Made by a program: the position numbers and the translations under genes
Part shown: positions 35,899 to 45,004 of the stretch, in pieces
Position numbering within the stretch: the stretch's first letter is position 1
How the letters are laid out: each line of letters begins with the position of its first letter
Notes under the pieces: generated by a model
What the model saw: the letters and a program-made list of their open reading frames with translations, nothing else
Database searches by the model: none
What the model was told of the DNA's origin: nothing
Origin: Thermodesulfovibrionia bacterium
Lineage (GTDB): Bacteria > Nitrospirota > Thermodesulfovibrionia > UBA6902
Assembly (NCBI GenBank): GCA_020053105.1
Contig: JAGVNU010000076.1
Location: forward strand, 72,005-136,004
DNA length: 64,000 nucleotides
Direction of reading: 5' to 3'

Positions 35899-37797
35899 CT
35901 ACAACCCCATAATCAACCCATATAATTCCGGATAATCATCCTTTACATAACAGGCATCGTCCTTCAGCAGCCTCAATCCCTCAGGCACATGTCTCTGAAA
36001 ATACCTCTTACCTTTCACCAATGACAAAAAGCCATACGCCCCGAGGGCCTGCATGTGTCTCTGCAGCCTGCATAAAACAAGCGAGGACTTAAAGATATTT
36101 TCATCAAATTTCCCTGAGTAATAAGCTTTCATCTTATCCATATAATGATCCAGCAGACGCGCTCTCATCCTATCCTCAAGATGGTAATACGGGTCCCATA
36201 ACAGCGACGCCACATCATAAGCCGGCGGCCCGAGCCTGGCGCCCTGATAATCTATCAGACGCAGCTCCTGCCCTTTCATTACCATGATGTTCTGGGACTG
36301 AAAATCCCTGTGTATGACCGACTTGGGAACAGCGTCCGCCTTCACTGCCAGTTTATGAAGCTCCGCATCAAGCACTGAACGGTTACTGATATTGATGTTC
36401 CTCACATCCTCCGCGAACCTCTTGATGAAATAATCAGTCTCCCATCGAAAATGATCGTAATCGAATATCCTGCCGTTAAGAAGCGGGCATGACGATATAT
36501 CATCAGTTACCTCTGTATGAATAAGAACGATTATATTCAAGACCTGTTTGTAAATGTTTTCAATTTCCATCCGGCCACGGGGGCACTTCAGCCAGCTGTA
36601 AAGAGAAATGTCCCCGGCGTCTTCAAACAAGGCATTCTTCTTACCGATGTCCGCTTCTATCAGTTCAGGAACAGGAACAGAATGCTTCAGAAAATATCTT
36701 ATATATTCAATTTGCCGCTCAAAGTCAGGGTCATCAACTTTACACTGCATGAGCACGACGGATTTATTGTCCCTTTGAATCCTGTAATATTTTCTGTCTG
36801 AGCCTCCGGTCCCGATCAATTGTCTCTTGTCCTTATCAAAACTCAATATCTCAGAGCGGGAGAGGTCGATCTTGAAGCCGGGGCCAAGGATACAATTTTC
36901 ATATAATGATGCGTCCTGCAGGGGTGTCGAATACTTCCCGACATCGCTTCCAGGCAGCACAATGCAATTCTTTAATGATATTCTGCCGCCGAGCGTACAC
37001 CCCTCTTCAATCACAACATGGCCCTGTATATCCGTATCAGCGCACCTGCCAATCGAAGGATGAATGTATACCGTCTCCCCTTCCCTTCTCAACAGCTCAA
37101 AGGCAGCGGCAGCATAAGCATCAGGTGACCCTATGTCGCTCCAATAAGGACGTGAGTCAACCCAGCCGCTGCATACATCAAATGTCCCGATCTTATTGCC
37201 TCCCGCGCCTGCTTTGAACCATGCGTCCACAACACTGGACACGCCCTCAGGCAGAAAATCAAGAAACGCGGGCTCACAGACCGCAATCCCGGTAAAGGCC
37301 CATCGTCGAACATCATCCGTTGACTGGCCTCTGGCTATACCTGACAGAGATCCATTTTCATCAACGATAAGACTATTAAACTTCGGATAGTCATGAACGG
37401 CTAGTGTCACAAGGTTATTTGATGCATGATGATGTTCAAGCAGGCCGGTCAAATCTATGTCAGATAATATGTCCGAGTTGTGCACAAGAAAGGTCCCTTC
37501 CTGCAGAAAGTCCTGAGCATTCTTCAGCGCCCCGCCTGTCCCGAGGATATTTTCTTCCGGGAAAAGAACAATCTTATCATTCAGGGGGCAACGCCTCACC
37601 CATTCTTCAATCACCTCTTTTTTGTAATGGAGGTTTATCCCGATCCGGTTAAACGGCAGGGCCGATATTTTATCAAGAACACGCTCAATAATCGGTTTGC
37701 CAAGGGCCGGGATTAACGGCTTGGGGATATGGTTTGTAATCGGGCGAAGTCTTTCCCCGAGTCCTGCGGCCAGAATGAAGACGTTTATTTTATTCAT
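35899..37797 (-). CDS. Fusion of MurU-like sugar-1-phosphate nucleotidyltransferase (N-terminal, plus LbH region) and AmgK-like anomeric sugar kinase (C-terminal)
   Basis: The N-terminus ILAAGLGERLRPITNHIPKPLIP is the NTP-transferase signature. The middle carries left-handed beta-helix repeats. The C-terminal aminoglycoside-phosphotransferase-fold motifs are VIHRDFQSQNIMV and LIDYQGARLGPPAYDVASLL. Confidence 0.7.
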   Translation of the reverse strand: MNKINVFILAAGLGERLRPITNHIPKPLIPALGKPIIERVLDKISALPFNRIGINLHYKKEVIEEWVRRCPLNDKIVLFPEENILGTGGALKNAQDFLQEGTFLVHNSDILSDIDLTGLLEHHHASNNLVTLAVHDYPKFNSLIVDENGSLSGIARGQSTDDVRRWAFTGIAVCEPAFLDFLPEGVSSVVDAWFKAGAGGNKIGTFDVCSGWVDSRPYWSDIGSPDAYAAAAFELLRREGETVYIHPSIGRCADTDIQGHVVIEEGCTLGGRISLKNCIVLPGSDVGKYSTPLQDASLYENCILGPGFKIDLSRSEILSFDKDKRQLIGTGGSDRKYYRIQRDNKSVVLMQCKVDDPDFERQIEYIRYFLKHSVPVPELIEADIGKKNALFEDAGDISLYSWLKCPRGRMEIENIYKQVLNIIVLIHTEVTDDISSCPLLNGRIFDYDHFRWETDYFIKRFAEDVRNINISNRSVLDAELHKLAVKADAVPKSVIHRDFQSQNIMVMKGQELRLIDYQGARLGPPAYDVASLLWDPYYHLEDRMRARLLDHYMDKMKAYYSGKFDENIFKSSLVLCRLQRHMQALGAYGFLSLVKGKRYFQRHVPEGLRLLKDDACYVKDDYPELYGLIMGL

Positions 37798-38963
37798 TTA
37801 TAAAGCAGATGTTTCTTGCGTATCTTTTTATTAAACTCCAGACACTGCGCCTTCCACCATTCCTCCATACGGTTCAGAGGCCTGCCCCTTTCAATATCTT
37901 TTCTCAATCTGTCCGTACCGGCAAGGATGTCTATCGGCAGTCTGTCCGTAACATATTCATAAGGAGGCTGTTTCCACTCAAAGTGTTCAGGATAAAGATC
38001 ATGGACCGCCTTGATAATCGCGACCCCGGTCATGAAGGGCCTGAATTTGTCCCTGCTTGTGACATGTATCTGGGCCCCGCCGCAGAGCGTCCCTGAATGT
38101 TTCTGAAAGGTGGGTTGAAAATACATCGGCCTGAAGACTACCCCCGGGAGTTTAAATGCCGTCAGTCTTTTCACCAGAATGTCAGGATCTATAAAAGAGG
38201 CGCCGAATATCTCAAACGGCCGCGTCGTGCCGCGTCCTTCGCTTAAATTGGTAGCTTCGAGAAGACACATGCCGGGATAGACGACAGCGGTTTCAAGTGT
38301 CGGCATGTTAGGCGAAGGCAAAACCCAGGGCAGACCTGTCTCATCAAACCACATTTCCCTTGTCCATCCCTTCATAGGGACAATGTGAAAATCCAGAGAA
38401 GGATAGAATTCATTTTTCACATAACTGCCGATCTCCCCTATTGTCATCCCGTGTCTAACAGGAACAGGACGCTGGCCGACAAAAGACGCGTAATTCATAT
38501 CAAGCACAGGCCCTTCCGTGTGAACACCACCGAGGGGATTCGGACGGTCAAGGACCACAACTGATTTCCCCGCTTCATCACAGGCCTGCATGCATAATTC
38601 CATGGTCCAGATAAATGTGTAATACCGTGAGCCCACGTCCTGCATATCAATTATCAGTACATCGACATCGCTGAGCATTGACAGTTCGGGCTTACGCGTC
38701 CGGCCGTAGAGGCTGAAAACAGGAAGCCCCGTCTTTTTGTCCCTGAACCCTTCCCACTCGATCATATTGTCCTGGGTCTCTCCCCGGATTCCATGCTGGG
38801 GCCCGAAGAGCGCCTTCAGCTCAATCTTCAGGGATTTAAGAAGGCAGTCAGATGCATGCTCAAGCCTTCTGTTTACAGAGGCCGGATGCGCCAATAGCCC
38901 TGCCCTTGAGCCTTTGAGTTTCTTCGGCCAGTTTTTTTCGAATGTGTCGAGTCCTGTTTGCAT
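37794..38963 (-). CDS. DUF1343-family protein (NamZ-like exo-beta-N-acetylmuramidase)
   Basis: The conserved blocks are those I recall for DUF1343: LFGPQHGIRGE, PVFSLYG, DMQDVGSRYYTFIWTM and VLDRPNPLGG. The stop overlaps the start of the downstream fusion gene by 4 nt. Confidence 0.75.
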   Translation of the reverse strand: MQTGLDTFEKNWPKKLKGSRAGLLAHPASVNRRLEHASDCLLKSLKIELKALFGPQHGIRGETQDNMIEWEGFRDKKTGLPVFSLYGRTRKPELSMLSDVDVLIIDMQDVGSRYYTFIWTMELCMQACDEAGKSVVVLDRPNPLGGVHTEGPVLDMNYASFVGQRPVPVRHGMTIGEIGSYVKNEFYPSLDFHIVPMKGWTREMWFDETGLPWVLPSPNMPTLETAVVYPGMCLLEATNLSEGRGTTRPFEIFGASFIDPDILVKRLTAFKLPGVVFRPMYFQPTFQKHSGTLCGGAQIHVTSRDKFRPFMTGVAIIKAVHDLYPEHFEWKQPPYEYVTDRLPIDILAGTDRLRKDIERGRPLNRMEEWWKAQCLEFNKKIRKKHLLYK

Positions 38964-38970
38964 GTAGTTA

Positions 38971-38996
38971 TAAAAGAGTGGCTTTATTTTTAACAG
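38971..38996. repeat. Left copy of an approx 24-26-nt direct repeat flanking the HicB-like/MNT/HEPN cassette
   Basis: TAAAAGAGTGGCTTTATTTTTAACAG versus TTAAAGGTAGCTTTATTTTAACAG at 39935-39958. 22 matches over 26 aligned columns, counted by hand. Confidence 0.5.
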
Positions 38997-39014
38997 ATCA
39001 AGCTGGACAACCCG

Positions 39015-39413
39015 CTAATCTTTTCTTGAAAGGTAGTTCTCTATTTCATTTATAAAATCCTGCGCCTTTGGCAGAATTTCATCAATATCCAGCTTTGTAA
39101 TTTCTGTCTGTTCCATATAATCACCTTTTTGGCGAAGCTCAAAGGCGCGATGCAGAGTTTTCGAAAAACTGCTGTCAAATATGCCGGTCTTTATAAATTC
39201 TTTGTCAAAGAATGAGATAGCTCCGATATGTTTGGATGTGCCGATTTCTTTCTCCTGTAGAAGTGCAAGCACTGCATAAAACATTGCATAGTACAACCGG
39301 TTAATTACCGACCGACTGCTCATTCCCTCCCGTAAAAGAAGGTCTGCCTCTTTCATGGAATCTTTTGCCTGTAACAATCGGTATTGTATTAGAGCTTTTT
39401 TTTCTTCACTCAT
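39015..39413 (-). CDS. HEPN-domain protein (toxin partner of MNT, type VII TA-like)
   Basis: 132 aa helical protein with LYYAMFYAVLALL and ELRQKGDY segments typical of HEPN proteins paired with minimal nucleotidyltransferases. 4-nt overlap with the upstream MNT gene. Confidence 0.75.
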   Translation of the reverse strand: MSEEKKALIQYRLLQAKDSMKEADLLLREGMSSRSVINRLYYAMFYAVLALLQEKEIGTSKHIGAISFFDKEFIKTGIFDSSFSKTLHRAFELRQKGDYMEQTEITKLDIDEILPKAQDFINEIENYLSRKD

Positions 39414-39727
39414 ACGCTCACGCCTTCACGATAAACATTACGGATAAAGACCGATTCCCGGAGTGGTGTATTCTTCAAGACATCCAGACTGATCGCCACC
39501 GGCATAATGATAATATCCTCAGGGAACCCAGCTTCCCACGCGCAATCACTGATGTGCTTTTCTATCGCGTGATCGAGATGATCTACCACAATAAGCACAT
39601 CAAGGTCTGACTCCTTGGTCGCATCGCCGCGCGCACGCGAGCCAAACACTCTTACCTCATGCACGTGGACCTTTCGAGATACCATCTGCTTGAATTTTTC
39701 TACAATCTTACGTTCTTTTTCCTGCAT
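39410..39727 (-). CDS. Minimal nucleotidyltransferase (MNT) antitoxin-type protein
   Basis: Carries the GSRARGDATKESDLDVLIV (GSxxxGxxxxxSDxD) Pol-beta-type NTase motif. Confidence 0.8.
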   Translation of the reverse strand: MQEKERKIVEKFKQMVSRKVHVHEVRVFGSRARGDATKESDLDVLIVVDHLDHAIEKHISDCAWEAGFPEDIIIMPVAISLDVLKNTPLRESVFIRNVYREGVSV

Positions 39728-39733
39728 TTTCAG

Positions 39734-39919
39734 CTATCCTCTCCGGGCTTGTATATCATTGTAAATATCTTCTCCCTTGTCTTCCAGGTGGAGAGCCACA
39801 GCCTCCTTAATATGCTTCAATAATTCATCGTATGTCGCGCCCTGAGTGAATATATCTTCACTAATACCCCGCGCGCACCAAAACTCCCCATCAAAATATG
39901 TATCAATTTTTACCAGCAT
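39734..39919 (-). CDS. HicB/DUF1902-like small protein (61 aa)
   Basis: WCARGISEDIFTQGATYDELLKHIKEAVALHLED fits the HicB-N/UPF0150 fold pattern. AAGGAGGA SD. It ends 6 nt before the MNT start. Confidence 0.5.
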   Translation of the reverse strand: MLVKIDTYFDGEFWCARGISEDIFTQGATYDELLKHIKEAVALHLEDKGEDIYNDIQARRG

Positions 39920-39934
39920 ATGTTTATCCTCCTT

Positions 39935-39958
39935 TTAAAGGTAGCTTTATTTTAACAG
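39935..39958. repeat. Right copy of the direct repeat flanking the HicB-like/MNT/HEPN cassette
   Basis: See 38971-38996. On the minus strand both copies contain TGTTAAAA(A)T, an extended -10-like box. Confidence 0.5.
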
Positions 39959-39965
39959 GAATTAT

Positions 39966-42833
39966 TTACTTCCCCTCAATTAATTTCCTCTCCTCCTCCG
40001 TCACCCCATAAAGCCCATAAACAATCTCATCCATCTTCTCATCCGTGACCGCAATCTCGCGCTCTACTTTCTCACGCTCAGCCGACGGCGGAAGGGAGTT
40101 TTTCTTTTTGTGGAGTTCAAGCATCAGATCAACGAGGAAGACGATCTTGTCGTGAATGGCTTTTTCGGAAGGGTTGTTGAAGTCGATAGTGCAGATTGGG
40201 AGTTTCTTTACATCTCTGACTGACAGCCTTGGGAAGCTCGTAGCAACCATCTTATTTGAAACAAATGGGTATAAGAATGACATTAACCGTGAATTCATTA
40301 TCCCGGCAAGATATTTCATTGACAAAGTTGTTGCTTCAGAAGGATTCACGTTCAAAATAGTCTTGTAGTGACAGTAAGTTTCTTCAACATAACAAGCATG
40401 AATGCGATAGGGTTCTTTGCCCGCAATCTCACGAATCAGAATTCGCGGACCTTGCAGCCAATCAATCGTTCGGTAATCGTGGAGCCATGGTCCATATTTG
40501 ATCCATACCCCTTTCGTGCGGGCGATGAGGTAACGAGAAACATCGCTTCCGGCCAACTCTGGAAAATAGTCATCGTCGATCTTTGTCGCAGCATGAAATA
40601 TACGCTGTTCGATTTGTGCAAGGGTGTGCTTTGATCGATTGTATGCTTGACAGCCCAACGAAGCACGAGCAACGGTATCAAGACGAGAGAATTGCGATAT
40701 TAGTCTTTCTGCTAAAGCCCCATCATCACCAACCAGTCGTGTTTCAAAACGGTAACCCTCCGCTGACTGCCACAACTTCTGTGATACTTCATTTACCGAC
40801 GCAACTTCTAGATCTGCTATGTTATCAATCTGCCGTGGTCTTTTTACACGAACTTTATGTTTTACTCCTACTCGGCGCTTTTCAAGAAAAACCAACGCAG
40901 TGTGAACATCAGCACCCGCAAAAACACGATGCTCAAATAGTACAAGTTCTGAAACAGCTGTAGTGTCCAGAATATATTTTCGAAGCTTTTCTGTGTATTG
41001 AAGGGTTAACCAAGTATTAGGGACTATGTAACCAAATCGCCCATTACTCGTCAGTAAATCGATACCGCGCTGAATAAAGAGATGAAACAGATCAGTTTTA
41101 TACTGCGCAACCGCAAAGCGGTTTAAATAATCTATTACATCTTTTGGATAAATATCACCACCAATTATCACATACGGCGGATTTCCAATCACGACATCAA
41201 ACCCGCCATTCCCCATAATCTCCCCAAACCCAACCGCCTTTGAATTCCAGTCAAATGGATTGATCCTGCTCTTTGAGTCATCGTCAAAGAGTTTGCCTTC
41301 GAGGATGTCATAACCGATAAGGCTGTTGCCGCATTTAATGTTATTACCGAGAGACGGCAGCAAGTGCTGTTTCTTCGGTAACCTTCCCCTCTCACCTTCC
41401 AGCGCCTTGAGATAGAGGCTCATCATGGTTATCTCTGTTGCCTGCGGGTCAATATCTACACCGAACATATTGTTCTTCAGTATCCGGGCCTTCTCATGAA
41501 TGGTCAATCCCTCTTCAAGAATATCTCTCTTGAAAATAGGATGTTCAATGGTCATTCTGTCTTTTGGATGATCACGATAGTAAGCAATGTGAAAATCAAT
41601 CAAGTATTGATACGCACCGAGAAGAAATGAGCCGGAACCGCATGCCGGGTCGAGAATCTTTATCTTCTCTATCTGCCTCGGCGTCTTGCCTTCAATGACT
41701 TTGCCGACTGTGTTTTTAACAATGTAATCGACAATATATTTTGGTGTGTAGTAAACGCCTCCTGCCTTTCTTACCTCCGGCTTTTCGTCAACCTTGACCC
41801 TTTGAGGCGTCACCCGTATCGTACTTCCGAGATAGCGTTCATAGATGCTGCCGAGAAGCTCAACGCCGATTGCGTCAAAGCGGTAGCGGCTTTTGGGAAA
41901 GTAAAGGCTCTCGATTATTTCCGCCAGGATACCCGAATCGACATCAGCCGTTTCACAGGCATGAGGTTTGAAAATATCTCCGTTCAGGTCGTCGTTGATC
42001 TCGTGGAAAAGGTCTTTCAGATGCGTCATGATAGACTTCCGTCTGCCTTCCTCTTTCCACTGAGCAACGATCTCCCAAAGCTCTCTGTCAGGCCTAATCC
42101 TCCTGTCTTCCGCGATACGAATGAATACAATTCGGTCAAGGAGTCTCTGAACAACGTCATTCAGCAGCTTCACATCTAAGTCAGGATTCCGTTTGTGAAT
42201 ATCCTTTGCAAGATCCGTCCGCCAGTTTGTGAGGTCTTCGAGGAATGATTTATCAGGCGGAATTCTAAGCCGCTTACTCTTTGTGTCTCTGGGGAGAAGG
42301 GCTTCCAGCGAACCTTTTTCAACTCTTTCTTTTGAAAGCTCCCACAGCTTCTCAAACTGATCAAGATATTCAGTGTATTTGAAATCAAAGATAAGCCCCT
42401 CGTCCGGGAACTTCGGATTAGGTTTAAGCGAAGCGTCATAAAGCCTGAACTCTTCAAAGTCCGTGAGGATTACAAAATAGACCTCTTTGGTGGACCATGC
42501 ATAGCTCTTTGCCTGAAGGATGTGGTCAACGTTATCAAGCGCAACAGAAGGGGCCTTTGCCTCAACGAAGAATTTCGTGGCCCCGTTTATGCGGAAATTG
42601 TAATCAGGTCTGCCTGTTGTCTCCGGGGACAATTCAACGATAACATCTCTTTCATGCGGAGGCTTATGGGCCTTATTCTCAATATCCCAGCCAAGCGCTT
42701 TAAAGATTGGATTCAAGAAATCAAGCCGGACTTGCGCCTCAGGATAGCCTTTTGAGAGATAGTGATGCCTGTCCTTCTCAAACTTTGAAATCAGAGCCCA
42801 TAGTTTTTCCCTGAATGAATCGATATCAGACAT
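39966..42833 (-). CDS. Type IIG restriction-modification enzyme (N-terminal PD-(D/E)xK nuclease, N6-adenine methyltransferase, C-terminal specificity region)
   Basis: The nuclease motif is RPDY...FFVEAKAP. AdoMet motif ILDPACGSGSFLLGA and catalytic motif VVIGNPPYV are present. 955 aa in a single polypeptide. Confidence 0.85.
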   Translation of the reverse strand: MSDIDSFREKLWALISKFEKDRHHYLSKGYPEAQVRLDFLNPIFKALGWDIENKAHKPPHERDVIVELSPETTGRPDYNFRINGATKFFVEAKAPSVALDNVDHILQAKSYAWSTKEVYFVILTDFEEFRLYDASLKPNPKFPDEGLIFDFKYTEYLDQFEKLWELSKERVEKGSLEALLPRDTKSKRLRIPPDKSFLEDLTNWRTDLAKDIHKRNPDLDVKLLNDVVQRLLDRIVFIRIAEDRRIRPDRELWEIVAQWKEEGRRKSIMTHLKDLFHEINDDLNGDIFKPHACETADVDSGILAEIIESLYFPKSRYRFDAIGVELLGSIYERYLGSTIRVTPQRVKVDEKPEVRKAGGVYYTPKYIVDYIVKNTVGKVIEGKTPRQIEKIKILDPACGSGSFLLGAYQYLIDFHIAYYRDHPKDRMTIEHPIFKRDILEEGLTIHEKARILKNNMFGVDIDPQATEITMMSLYLKALEGERGRLPKKQHLLPSLGNNIKCGNSLIGYDILEGKLFDDDSKSRINPFDWNSKAVGFGEIMGNGGFDVVIGNPPYVIIGGDIYPKDVIDYLNRFAVAQYKTDLFHLFIQRGIDLLTSNGRFGYIVPNTWLTLQYTEKLRKYILDTTAVSELVLFEHRVFAGADVHTALVFLEKRRVGVKHKVRVKRPRQIDNIADLEVASVNEVSQKLWQSAEGYRFETRLVGDDGALAERLISQFSRLDTVARASLGCQAYNRSKHTLAQIEQRIFHAATKIDDDYFPELAGSDVSRYLIARTKGVWIKYGPWLHDYRTIDWLQGPRILIREIAGKEPYRIHACYVEETYCHYKTILNVNPSEATTLSMKYLAGIMNSRLMSFLYPFVSNKMVATSFPRLSVRDVKKLPICTIDFNNPSEKAIHDKIVFLVDLMLELHKKKNSLPPSAEREKVEREIAVTDEKMDEIVYGLYGVTEEERKLIEGK

Positions 42834-42841
42834 GGTGAAAA

Positions 42842-42850
42842 ATTATATCA
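42842..42850 (-). promoter_or_regulatory. Extended -10 promoter (TGATATAAT), probable leaderless start of the RM gene
   Basis: On the minus strand TGATATAAT ends 8 nt before the ATG at 42833, with no SD. Confidence 0.45.
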
Positions 42851-42902
42851 CATAACTATTTAAATTTAATAAATTAATTAATGCCCGTTAAATAGAAATA
42901 TC

Positions 42903-42931
42903 TTGACAATACCGCTGTTCAATCTTAAGAT
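42903..42931 (+). promoter_or_regulatory. Sigma-70-type promoter (TTGACA-17-TAAGAT) for the MNT/HepT pair
   Basis: Consensus -35 box with exact 17-nt spacer. The -10 box ends 6 nt before the ATG at 42938. Confidence 0.5.
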
Positions 42932-42937
42932 TAAGGA

Positions 42938-43339
42938 ATGAAAATCAGGGGGATTAAAAACTTTTGCAAGGCAACCGGCATTGAGCTTCTGGTTCTATTC
43001 GGTTCCTCTGCAGGTAACAGGCCGGAAACCTCCCGTGATATTGATCTGGCAGTGAAGTTCAAAGAAGGAACAAGTATCTCAAAGCTCGACCTTATTTATA
43101 AACTCGACAACTTTTTCGAAGGGAAAAGAATAGACCTTGTATTGCTTACAGTAGATACAGACCCTCTTCTCCTCTATGAAATATTTCTGAAAGGGGTATG
43201 CCTCTTTGAAAGAAAGAAAGACTTTTTTGAAAAAGAAAAATTACGCGCCTGGAAGCTTTATCTCGATACAGAAAAAATCCGCAATTTGCACGGCAACTAT
43301 CTGAGGAAATTTATTCAAAAGGTCTCTCATGTCGCCTGA
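42938..43339 (+). CDS. Nucleotidyltransferase (MntA-like antitoxin)
   Basis: FGSSAGNRPETSRDIDLAV NTase motif. Overlaps the downstream DUF86 gene by 11 nt. Confidence 0.75.
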   Translation: MKIRGIKNFCKATGIELLVLFGSSAGNRPETSRDIDLAVKFKEGTSISKLDLIYKLDNFFEGKRIDLVLLTVDTDPLLLYEIFLKGVCLFERKKDFFEKEKLRAWKLYLDTEKIRNLHGNYLRKFIQKVSHVA

Positions 43340-43721
43340 AGTCGTAAAGAAAAAACTTGAATCAATTTCAAATTATCTCAATGATCTTCTGCCTTACAAA
43401 AAGATCACATATGATGAATTCCTGCATAAGCATTATGAAATAGAACGGATACTCGAACTACTTGTAATGACAGCCAGTGATATAGTTTTCCATCTGATTT
43501 CAGATAAAGGAGAACCGGCTCCGTCTTCTTACAAAACCGCTTTCCTGCGGGCAGGCGAATTAAGGATAATAAGCAAAAAGTTAAGCAGGAACCTGGCTCT
43601 CAGCGCAGGACTTAGAAATATCCTTGTCCATGGATATGAAGCAATAGATTATAAAATAGTCCACAAAAGCATCCCCGCTGCTGTCAGAGATTTCACGGCA
43701 TTTATTAAAGAGCTTTCCTAG
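43329..43721 (+). CDS. HepT-like DUF86 HEPN toxin
   Basis: The Rx4HxY motif is present as RNILVHGY. 130 aa helical protein, paired with the upstream MNT. Confidence 0.8.
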   Translation: MSPEVVKKKLESISNYLNDLLPYKKITYDEFLHKHYEIERILELLVMTASDIVFHLISDKGEPAPSSYKTAFLRAGELRIISKKLSRNLALSAGLRNILVHGYEAIDYKIVHKSIPAAVRDFTAFIKELS

Positions 43722-43754
43722 TCCTTTCCCGGAATCCAGTAAATTCTTCAACTT

Positions 43755-43763
43755 TGTTAAAAT
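43755..43763 (+). promoter_or_regulatory. Extended -10 promoter (TGTTAAAAT), probable leaderless hemW start
   Basis: TGnTAAAAT ends 6 nt before the ATG at 43770, with no SD. Confidence 0.4.
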
Positions 43764-43769
43764 TACCTA

Positions 43770-44912
43770 ATGTCAATTTCATTATACGTCCACATTCCGT
43801 TCTGTTTAAAAAAATGCATATACTGCGATTTTGTCTCCGGTCTTTATAATCCTGCCAGGGCAGATGCCTATATTGATGCGCTGAAAAAAGAGATTTCAAA
43901 TATTTCAAACGAAAAGCCTCTTTCCACTCTCTTCATAGGCGGCGGCACGCCGACTGCGCTTTCCTCTGATGTATTATCAAACCTTATTAACCACATCTTC
44001 TCGAAGTTTAGTTTTACGAAAGACTGCGAAGCAACCGTCGAGGCAAATCCGGGGACCGTAGATAAAGATAAACTGAAGGCCATCCGCTCAGCGGGTATCA
44101 ACAGGATCAGCATAGGTATCCAGTCCTTTAATGACGATGAGCTTTCATTCCTGGGACGAATTCATAACAAAGAAGAAGCATGTCATGCAGTCAATCTTGC
44201 AAGGGAATCGGGATTTGAAAATATCGGGGTTGATCTTATTTATGGAATTCCGGGGCAAGCGCTTGAAAGCTGGAAAATCAACCTTGAAGAAGCTGTAAGA
44301 CTTAAACCCAGACATATATCTGCATACGAGCTGACGGCAGAGAAAGAGACAGAATTGTACACCTATTTAAAAGGGGGCAATAAATTGACCCTGCCGGATG
44401 AAGACAAGATCATCCAGATGTACGAATACACAATCGATTACCTGACCGCTGAAGGATATATTCATTATGAGATATCCAACTTCGCTTCTCCTGATTATTC
44501 ATGCAGGCATAACCTCAATTACTGGGACAGGGGTGAGTACTATGGCGCCGGTCTCGGCGCTCACTCATTCACAAATGGAAACAGATTTCATAATACCGAT
44601 GACCTGGATGAATATTTAAAACTGCTTTCTGATAATAAAAGCCCGGTCAAAGAATCGGAAACGATAACTGAAGACATCGCGCTGTCGGAAGCTATTTTTC
44701 TCGGATTAAGAAAAACAGAGGGCCTGAATGTGGGGTCCTTTTCAAAGAGATATAATAAAAATATCCTGAGCCGTTTTCGGAAGGAGATAAATGAACTGCA
44801 GGAAGCCGGGTTAATTGCGATAGCATGTTCAAATTGTTCCTATGAGTCAACTATTAAACTTACGAGGAAGGGGCTGCTCCTTTCCAATGAAGTTTTTGAA
44901 AAATTCATATAG
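43770..44912 (+). CDS. hemW: HemN-like radical SAM protein (HemW-type heme chaperone / coproporphyrinogen oxidase-like)
   Basis: LYVHIPFCLKKCIYCDF radical SAM motif and a HemN C-terminal-like domain. At 380 aa it is in the HemW size class. Confidence 0.75.
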   Translation: MSISLYVHIPFCLKKCIYCDFVSGLYNPARADAYIDALKKEISNISNEKPLSTLFIGGGTPTALSSDVLSNLINHIFSKFSFTKDCEATVEANPGTVDKDKLKAIRSAGINRISIGIQSFNDDELSFLGRIHNKEEACHAVNLARESGFENIGVDLIYGIPGQALESWKINLEEAVRLKPRHISAYELTAEKETELYTYLKGGNKLTLPDEDKIIQMYEYTIDYLTAEGYIHYEISNFASPDYSCRHNLNYWDRGEYYGAGLGAHSFTNGNRFHNTDDLDEYLKLLSDNKSPVKESETITEDIALSEAIFLGLRKTEGLNVGSFSKRYNKNILSRFRKEINELQEAGLIAIACSNCSYESTIKLTRKGLLLSNEVFEKFI

Positions 44913-45004
44913 TTTTCATAAATAAACAAAAAAAGGTAAAATATCAACGGTCACAAAAAAACTTTTCCTTACACCTTTAGCGTAGGGAATAAAAAGGATG
45001 GAAA

